DNA of 64,000 nucleotides from an uncultured Planctomycetales bacterium (GTDB lineage Bacteria; Omnitrophota; Gorgyraeia; Gygaellales; Profunditerraquicolaceae): NCBI GenBank assembly GCA_964354795.1, contig CAYHBB010000003.1, positions 5,887 to 69,886 of the forward strand, read 5' to 3'. Shown piece by piece: positions 58,419 to 64,000 of this stretch (position 1 is its first letter; each line of letters starts with the position of its first letter). The notes under the pieces were generated by a model. It saw only the letters and a program-made list of their open reading frames with translations, ran no database searches and was not told where the DNA came from. The position numbers and the translations under genes were made by a program.

Positions 58419-60416
58419 ATGCCGTCAAATAACGCGCTGGTTTTAGAAGTGTTCAAGCAGGATTCGCAGCTTTTAATGTGCCTTACTCGGCAGGATGATC
58501 AGGTTCCTACCTTAAAGCATTACGGCCGGCTTGCGGTGTCTTCTTCTGAGATCGAAAAGTTATGCCACGAGGCAATGTTTGCGGTAGATAAAACTGGGGA
58601 GAGCCTTAAGAAATCCGGTAGAATGCTTTGGGATCATTTGCTTACCAAGCAGGTTAAGGAAGGCCTTCTTGCTTATTCGGCCCGTAGCCTTACTCTTTCC
58701 CTTGATGAAGAATTGATCCATGTCCCCTGGGAACTGTTCTATGACGGACACGAATTTCTTTGTTTGCGCTATAGCATGGGAAGATTGGTAAGGACAAAGA
58801 CCCAGGCTACGCGCGTGCAGTACCGTTCTTTTTCGTCTATCCATAAAATGCTCATTCTGGCGAATCCTACCAACGACCTTAAAGACGCCTACCGGGAAGG
58901 CCTGAATATCAGGAATCAGTTTGACCGTAGGCGAGATAGTGTCAAGATTGATTTTAAATCTACGCATATTGATAAGCTTTATGTCAAGAAGAGCCTCAAG
59001 GATTATGAAATCGTACATTTTGCCGGGCACGCGGAATTTGATTCCAGTAACCCTAAGCACACCGGCTGGGTATTAAACGACGGTAGGTTTACTCCGGCTG
59101 ATATTTTGTCGCTTGGGGAGAATGTTTCCATGCCTAGCCTGGTATTCTCCAACGCTTGTTATTCAGCGCAATCATCCGGTTCCCGGGATTTTCATGAAAA
59201 GAATTACAGTTTGGCGTCAGCGTTTCTTTTGTCGGGAGTGCGGCATTATATTGGAGCTATACGCAGAGTCGAAGATCTGCAAAGCGAATCCTTTGCCCGG
59301 GAGTTTTACGCGAATTTATTATGCGGGAAGACGGTGGGGGAAAGCATGCGCTTAAGCCGACTTAAGCTGACCAAAGAGAGCGGGGCAGCGGCTCTTTCCT
59401 GGTCGAGCTATCTTTTATACGGCGATCCTGATTTTATCCTGTTTAAAGAAAGACATAAATCAAAGACAGCAAAGGCCGTAATCGGTGTTTCGTTTTATAA
59501 GAAATGGCTGATGATTTTTGCCGTGTGCGGCCTTCTGGCCGCAGCATGGGCGCTTTTTAATCGCTGGATGCCCACGGTCAACCCCCGGGCCTATGCCTTA
59601 TTTCTGCAGGCCCAAGAGTTGTTCGTAAACGGTAATAATGCAGCGGTTATCGCGTTATCAGCTGATATAATCTCGAGCGACCCCAAACTCCTTGCGACTT
59701 ATCTTCAGCTAGCCGAAACTTACACGCGCCTTGGGCAGCTGGATAACGCTCTGAAGACCTATTTCGATTATGCGCTGATGAGCGAAAAAAGGCGCGACGC
59801 AAAGTCTCTTGCCGCGGCATACACCGGTATAGGCTGGACTTATTTCCTGCGCAATGAGTATCCGTTAGCTTCCGATTTTTACAATAAAGCCATAAAACTT
59901 GCGCGTGAGAGTAATGACTTGCTTAACCAAGCTATAGCGCTGCGTAAATTAGCAGTGTTGGATAACGAGCAGGGAAATTACGATTTAGCTTTGGGGTATC
60001 TTCTTAAGAGCTCTGAGATCAACCGCGAGCGCCAGAGCGCTCATGAACACCGCTATAATCTGGCCTGCGATTATTTTGACATTGCTCTGGTTTTCAGCAA
60101 TAAAAACGATCTTGCTGCGGCAAAGGAATTCTACGCCAAGAGTCGCGCGATATTTGAGAAATTGCAGCTGAAAAAAGAATTAAGCGATTATTATTTTAAT
60201 CTCGGAGAGATCTATCAGGGCCAGAAAGAGTACCAGAAAGCGCTGGAGTATTTTCATAAGGGTCTGAAGATCGATATAGCCCAGGCAAATAAGCTGAATC
60301 TGGTAAGCGACTATGAGATGTTCGCGGATCTTTACCGGGAAATGGGAGATAGCGCAAAGTCTGGGGAGTATTCCCGCCTCAGTGAAGAATCCGGCCGACT
60401 TGAAAAACAGCCATAA
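58419..60416 (+). CDS. CHAT-domain (caspase-like) protein with a central TM helix and C-terminal TPR repeats
   Basis: CHAT His/Cys dyad context (HFAGHAEFD ... LVFSNACYSAQ); TM helix WLMIFAVCGLLAAAWALF; multiple TPR-like repeats (AETYTRLGQLDNALKTY, GEIYQGQKEYQKALEYF). Confidence 0.75.
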   Translation: MPSNNALVLEVFKQDSQLLMCLTRQDDQVPTLKHYGRLAVSSSEIEKLCHEAMFAVDKTGESLKKSGRMLWDHLLTKQVKEGLLAYSARSLTLSLDEELIHVPWELFYDGHEFLCLRYSMGRLVRTKTQATRVQYRSFSSIHKMLILANPTNDLKDAYREGLNIRNQFDRRRDSVKIDFKSTHIDKLYVKKSLKDYEIVHFAGHAEFDSSNPKHTGWVLNDGRFTPADILSLGENVSMPSLVFSNACYSAQSSGSRDFHEKNYSLASAFLLSGVRHYIGAIRRVEDLQSESFAREFYANLLCGKTVGESMRLSRLKLTKESGAAALSWSSYLLYGDPDFILFKERHKSKTAKAVIGVSFYKKWLMIFAVCGLLAAAWALFNRWMPTVNPRAYALFLQAQELFVNGNNAAVIALSADIISSDPKLLATYLQLAETYTRLGQLDNALKTYFDYALMSEKRRDAKSLAAAYTGIGWTYFLRNEYPLASDFYNKAIKLARESNDLLNQAIALRKLAVLDNEQGNYDLALGYLLKSSEINRERQSAHEHRYNLACDYFDIALVFSNKNDLAAAKEFYAKSRAIFEKLQLKKELSDYYFNLGEIYQGQKEYQKALEYFHKGLKIDIAQANKLNLVSDYEMFADLYREMGDSAKSGEYSRLSEESGRLEKQP

Positions 60417-60476
60417 TTGTGTTATACTTACAATGCAAAGTGACAATTTGACAATTTGGTGATCTACGCATGCACC

Positions 60477-60506
60477 AATGATCATTGGTGCATGCGGCCG
60501 ATGAAA
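60477..60506. repeat. 30-bp perfect palindrome CGCATGCACCAATGA|TCATTGGTGCATGCG
   Basis: read directly; the centre is TGATCA; candidate operator or RNA hairpin. Confidence 0.8.
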
Positions 60507-60655
60507 AGGCAAACTTCCGCCACAAAACGTGGCGGACGCGCCAAGTAGTATGGCGTGCAGGGTAACCTGAGGACGCAAAGTTACCTGTCCCTGACTTAAG
60601 TATTTCATGTTTAAGTCGGGGATAGAGGGACTGCCAAAGGATGAGACCTTGGGTT

Positions 60656-60709
60656 TGCTTACGGTAATAGAGCAGATTAACCCAAGGTTTTTTGTTTTCT
60701 GGGTAAAGA
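60656..60709 (+). terminator. Rho-independent terminator-like element: 10-bp stem ACCTTGGGTT/AACCCAAGGT with a 23-nt loop, followed by TTTTTTGTTTT
   Basis: stem arms at 60656-60665 and 60689-60698, U-tract at 60699-60709; the loop is long for a canonical terminator. Confidence 0.45.
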
Positions 60710-60848
60710 GGATTGGCATATGAAAAGGACGCTGCGTAAAATAGCCCGGAAGATCCGCAGGCACCATCACAGAAGATATATGAAGTTTCTGCAGGCGCTG
60801 AGGCTTTACAGCGGAATGCCGGTTACGGATTAAATAAGGGGTGAAAGA

Positions 60849-61103
60849 ATGATCAAACTCAATAAACAGATCATAACCCATAGGGTGATTACAATGCTCG
60901 GCCGCAGTGAGGTAGATTTTCTGGATAAGCTCGGGAAGGACGCGCTTTTCACTACTGGCCATAAACTCTCCTACAACGACATCCTGCGCGGATTAATCGA
61001 TTTTGCTATGGAGATAAAGATCTCCGGGGAGAAGATAGATTCAGCGGAGGGTTTGAAGAAATTATTATTGGATCAGATGCATAAGGCACTATACAATCAC
61101 TAG
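60849..61103 (+). CDS. 84-aa hypothetical protein
   Basis: ORF with an AAGGGGTG RBS 6 nt upstream; no recognisable motif. Confidence 0.35.
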   Translation: MIKLNKQIITHRVITMLGRSEVDFLDKLGKDALFTTGHKLSYNDILRGLIDFAMEIKISGEKIDSAEGLKKLLLDQMHKALYNH

Positions 61104-61156
61104 TACCCGGCCTTAGCCCCTTCCTTAAAAGGTATAGGAAGGGCTACCCCTGTGGG

Positions 61157-61185
61157 GTTAATAGGTAAGGCCGGTAATCCGTCTA
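61157..61185 (+). promoter_or_regulatory. GTTAAT-N17-CGTCTA ECF-like promoter motif upstream of 61249 (copy 2 of 3)
   Basis: see copy 1; embedded in a nested hairpin element at 61109..61172. Confidence 0.3.
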
Positions 61186-61248
61186 AGAAAGGACGCACCC
61201 GCGCATCCTATAAAGCGGGGTGCAGCTTTCTGCGCAAGGAGGTGTCAA

Positions 61249-61659
61249 ATGGTTAAGAAGGTAATCATCATATGTTTATTGATCCTGCCATTGGCGTTAT
61301 TGCTGGGTATGGGTCGCAGCGTGGTGCGGGCGCAAGGCGATGAGCCGGCGTTTAGCATCGACACTCTGGAGATGGACTACGCCAATTCTCCTGTTAACAA
61401 GTTCGGCCGCGGGGTGATCAATACCGCTACCTGCTGGGCGGAAGTGCCGGCAGAAATAGCCCGCGTATCTAAGGACAGGGACCCCGCTTTAGGATGGACC
61501 CTTGGCTTGGCTCAAGGTACGATCAATGCTATTATACGCGGAGCGGTCGGAATATTCGACACTCTGACTTGTGTAGTGCCGCCGTATAATAAGCCTGAGA
61601 TGCAGCCGGAATACGCGCTCTCAAGCGCTGACGAAGCTTTTAAAGCATATCTCTGGTAA
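61249..61659 (+). CDS. 136-aa secreted protein of unknown function
   Basis: signal peptide VIIICLLILPLALLLGMGRSVVRAQG, AAGGAGG RBS, two Cys. Confidence 0.5.
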   Translation: MVKKVIIICLLILPLALLLGMGRSVVRAQGDEPAFSIDTLEMDYANSPVNKFGRGVINTATCWAEVPAEIARVSKDRDPALGWTLGLAQGTINAIIRGAVGIFDTLTCVVPPYNKPEMQPEYALSSADEAFKAYLW

Positions 61660-61672
61660 TTCCTCTCATAAT

Positions 61673-61712
61673 AAAGGGCGCCTTGATTATTTTCTTTCAA
61701 GGTGCCCTTTGC
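61673..61712 (+). terminator. terminator-like hairpin: 14-bp stem AAAGGGCGCCTTGA / TCAAGGTGCCCTTT (one G-U pair) with a 10-nt loop
   Basis: lies 14 nt after the stop of the 136-aa gene; the 3' arm ends in CCCTTTG, with only a weak U-tract. Confidence 0.35.
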
Positions 61713-61747
61713 CTATCCTAAGACAAATAAAAACTTAAAATATTTTC

Positions 61748-61774
61748 GTTAGATTTAGCCTCCTGATACGTCTA
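61748..61774 (+). promoter_or_regulatory. GTTAGA-N15-CGTCTA ECF-like promoter motif upstream of the BNR-repeat gene (copy 3 of 3)
   Basis: about 45 nt (61741-61785) are near-identical to 57661-57705. Confidence 0.35.
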
Positions 61775-61949
61775 TTGTAGTGAGGACATAAGGCCCTTCC
61801 TTTATCGGTTGGGAAGGCCTACCCCCGTGGGGTAACTTATGGAGCCCTATGAATGGGCGACATAAGTTATCTGTCCGAACTATCCAGCCGAAGGCTGGAA
61901 GTGAGGGCATGATCAATTTGTTGGGCTATTTAAAAAAAGGAGGGCACAA

Positions 61950-63533
61950 ATGAAAGGATTTCTGCTGATGATCGGCGTCTTAGGCTTAACCGTGAATGTA
62001 AATGCTGAAGCGGTGACTTGGGAGAGTGTCGGAGGAAGGATGACTGAAGTACGGGCAGTAATCCAGCAGCCAAACAGTTTTGAGGTATTGTTTGCAGGCT
62101 CCGCAAGCGGGTTGTATAAAAGCACAGATGCGGGAAAAAGTTGGGATGCGGTTGTAGCTGTTAACGGCCAGTGCCACGGAGTCAATTACCTGCAATTTGG
62201 CGCGCAGGATCCGGATCTGCTGTATGTTGCCTGCGGAAACGGGCTTTACTTTAGCCGTAACCGCGGCAAAGACTGGAAGCGGATATTCAAAGGAAAGAAT
62301 ACTTTTGAAAATAACTGTCTTTCTTTAGCTGTCCTGCCGGATGCGCTGTATCTTGGCACTGAAGCAGGGCTGTTTGTAAGTAAGGATAAGGCTAGGACAT
62401 GGCGCAAGGCCCAGGGAAAATTGGGAAATGGCAGTGTCTTGGCTATTGCCTGGGATACAAGGGATGCGGATTCTATCTATGTGGCGAGTGTTGAGGGAAT
62501 ATTCAAAGGAAGAATAAAATCCGATTATTGGGAGACGATTTTGACTGCAAGCCCTACGGAAAACGGGATTGACACAGAAGAGGCAATGGAAGAGGGTGAT
62601 GCGCAAAGGCAATATTCCAGGATCCGCTACGTCTGTGTCGACCCCAACCGCCTGAATCATCTTTATGCGGCGACTTCAAGCGGCATGTATCAGAGCCGGG
62701 ATAGAGGCAAGAGCTGGGAGAGCCTCACTGGATACGGGCTACTTAGTCAGGATGTCCGGTTCATTATGGTATTTGTCAGCTGCGGGCTTTATGCCGCCGC
62801 AAAAGGAGATGTATACGCTTACCGAGATGAGCGCTGGGAAGAGTCATCTTTAGGCCTTACGGCTAATGTGGTGTATTCTTTGATGCAGGATAATGCCGGC
62901 CGTCTTTATGCGGCCTGTGATAACGGGCTATTCAGGACGTCTTCACAGCAGCTCACCTTAAAGGCCGGCCAGATTTTGTCTTCGGCCTATTCCAAAGACG
63001 AGCCGGATATACGAGCGGTGCAGCAAAAAGCTATTGAGTACGCCGAAGTCGAGCCGGAGAAAATCGAGCGCTGGAGGAGTCAGGCGGCAAAAAAGGCGAT
63101 TCTGCCGAGGCTTAGCGTAAGCCTGGATCATGATGATAACCATACTATTTCGGATTCCGTATGGGGCACTTACGGAACAGCGACCACTCCGGGCAAATAT
63201 TACATCGGTCCGGATGACGAGACTAAATACAACAACAGCGGATGGAGCGTGTCTTTGAGCTGGGAGCTGGGTGATCTGATCTGGAGCGAAGCGCAAACTT
63301 CTATTGATACCCGCTCCCGATTGATGGTGCAGCTGCGCGGCGATATCCTTGATGAAGTGACTAAGCTGTATTTTGAGAGGCTCAGGGTCAAGCTTGAACT
63401 GGACAATATTTCAATTGAGGAAAGAAAAAAGCGCCTTGAGAAAGAGCTGCGCCTGGAAGAGCTGACTGCCTCCTTAGATTATTTTACGGGGGGTTATTTT
63501 TCGCAGGCTATACCCAATAAAAGATGTGGCTAA
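61950..63533 (+). CDS. secreted BNR/Asp-box repeat (beta-propeller) protein with C-terminal coiled-coil-like region
   Basis: signal peptide MKGFLLMIGVLGLTVNVNA; four S-x-D-x-G-x-S/T-W repeats (STDAGKSW, SRNRGKDW, SKDKARTW, SRDRGKSW). Confidence 0.65.
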   Translation: MKGFLLMIGVLGLTVNVNAEAVTWESVGGRMTEVRAVIQQPNSFEVLFAGSASGLYKSTDAGKSWDAVVAVNGQCHGVNYLQFGAQDPDLLYVACGNGLYFSRNRGKDWKRIFKGKNTFENNCLSLAVLPDALYLGTEAGLFVSKDKARTWRKAQGKLGNGSVLAIAWDTRDADSIYVASVEGIFKGRIKSDYWETILTASPTENGIDTEEAMEEGDAQRQYSRIRYVCVDPNRLNHLYAATSSGMYQSRDRGKSWESLTGYGLLSQDVRFIMVFVSCGLYAAAKGDVYAYRDERWEESSLGLTANVVYSLMQDNAGRLYAACDNGLFRTSSQQLTLKAGQILSSAYSKDEPDIRAVQQKAIEYAEVEPEKIERWRSQAAKKAILPRLSVSLDHDDNHTISDSVWGTYGTATTPGKYYIGPDDETKYNNSGWSVSLSWELGDLIWSEAQTSIDTRSRLMVQLRGDILDEVTKLYFERLRVKLELDNISIEERKKRLEKELRLEELTASLDYFTGGYFSQAIPNKRCG

Positions 63534-63562
63534 TACTACTGCTATTACCTAATAAATTTGTG

Positions 63563-63590
63563 TAGAAAACTGTTTACAAATCTGAATTTT
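63563..63590 (+). promoter_or_regulatory. sigma70-like promoter TTTACA-N16-TATAAT
   Basis: TTTACA at 63563-63568 and TATAAT at 63585-63590; about 30 nt upstream of the ATG at 63620, which has a TAAGGAGGG RBS. Confidence 0.45.
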
Positions 63591-63619
63591 TTATTATAAT
63601 AAAGCCGTAAGGAGGGATT

Positions 63620-63832
63620 ATGGCAGAATTTATTTGCCCTAATTGCAGAGGTTCTGATATTGAAACGATCAAGGCAGGCAGGTATACCGGCTTTGGTTGT
63701 TTTCTACTGCTGTTGGGGATACCACTCCTTCTTTTAAACGGGCTCGGCATAGTTTTTATTGCTGCCGGGCTTTTTTTAGGCTGCATCACCCAGTCCGTAT
63801 ACCGTTGCCGCAGATGTAAATCCGAAGTGTAA
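63620..63832 (+). CDS. small zinc-ribbon membrane protein (70 aa)
   Basis: CPNC...(TM helix)...CRRC, two CxxC pairs flanking a hydrophobic helix. Confidence 0.5.
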   Translation: MAEFICPNCRGSDIETIKAGRYTGFGCFLLLLGIPLLLLNGLGIVFIAAGLFLGCITQSVYRCRRCKSEV

Positions 63833-63940
63833 CCAGCCCGCTAAAAGCTTGCCTAAAATTACTTGCATTTGTTAGACGTTTATGATAATTTATAGCGTCG
63901 CCTTCCGATAATCTAACCCATTAACAAGACGAGGACAACA

Positions 63941-64000
63941 ATGAGTTTGCTGCATTTCACAGACGGTAATTTTAAAAAGGATGTTTTGGAGTCAAATATT
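63941..64000 (+). CDS. trxA: thioredoxin, N-terminal 20 codons only (3'-truncated at the window edge)
   Basis: MSLLHFTDGNFKKDVLESNI matches the conserved thioredoxin N-terminus (..i..ltd.nF...vl.s..), which normally leads into the WCGPC motif just beyond the window. Confidence 0.45.
   Translation, partial: MSLLHFTDGNFKKDVLESNI

Noticed and set aside
60417-60709. Cobalamin riboswitch, SRP, 6S, tmRNA or RNase P identity for the structured region
   Set aside because: I could not find the B12-box or other family-specific conserved sequences by eye, and the downstream gene is not B12-related. The region is left as an unclassified structured element.
60180-60962. 260-aa minus-strand ORF overlapping the CHAT gene's 3' end and the hairpin-rich intergenic region
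   Set aside because: It runs antisense through a confidently called gene and through palindromic GC-rich structure, which keeps frames open on both strands. It has no recognisable motifs or RBS and is probably spurious.
1-64000. CRISPR arrays, tRNA/rRNA genes, insertion sequences, integrases
   Set aside because: No direct-repeat/spacer periodicity, no tRNA cloverleaf candidates with conserved T-loop (GTTCRANYC) in the intergenic gaps, and no transposase- or integrase-like ORFs were seen. The search was by eye only.

Overview
The window is 64 kb from a low-GC bacterial chromosome or contig, GC roughly 35-40 % by eye. Nearly every gene is on the + strand and they are tightly packed, often overlapping. 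Bases 1 to about 56.9 kb form one very large envelope glycan or glycoconjugate biosynthesis island. It opens with the 5'-truncated nucleotide-binding subunit of a Wzt/TagH-type polysaccharide ABC exporter and ends with a divergently oriented Wzy/WaaL-like (O-antigen polymerase/ligase family) membrane protein. In between are two GT4 and three soluble GT2 glycosyltransferases. There are three polyprenol-phosphate-sugar synthase-like GT2 enzymes (DPM1/GtrB/ArnC type) and at least three ArnT/PMT-like GT-C membrane glycosyltransferases, plus four more large polytopic membrane proteins. Other enzymes are two SAM methyltransferases, an AsnB-type amidotransferase, a YdjC/ChbG-like deacetylase, an SGNH esterase, a GDPD phosphodiesterase, a UGM-like flavoenzyme and a second ABC-2 exporter pair. 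The island carries 11 radical-SAM modules: five B12-binding class-B modules (two fused in one 1250-aa protein) and six SPASM/twitch-type enzymes. Three things inside the island are unexpected. First, a RuBisCO-like protein sits between two nucleotidyltransferase-like genes. Second, accessory genes typical of RiPP loci are scattered through it (a PF14907-like nucleotidyltransferase, an HprK-like kinase, an S24/S26-peptidase-GNAT fusion). Third, a compact cassette with its own consensus promoter encodes a PqqD-like peptide chaperone, an unannotated 38-aa peptide ending in GGCCGCCCCC (absent from the ORF track because it is under 60 aa), and a bona fide SPASM radical-SAM enzyme; I regard this as the most likely undescribed system in the window. 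Downstream of the island, at 57-64 kb and visibly higher in GC, are an ECF sigma factor, a zf-HC2 anti-sigma factor and a CHAT-TPR protein. Next come a 290-nt hairpin-dense region with a 30-bp perfect palindrome, two secreted proteins (one with BNR repeats), a small zinc-ribbon membrane protein and the first 20 codons of a thioredoxin. The anti-sigma gene and both secreted-protein genes carry the same GTTAGA/GTTAAT-N15-17-CGTCTA motif, which is a candidate regulon promoter of the ECF sigma. I found no rRNA, tRNA, CRISPR array, transposase or integrase by eye. Every call rests on motif recognition and remembered family signatures, not on database searches.
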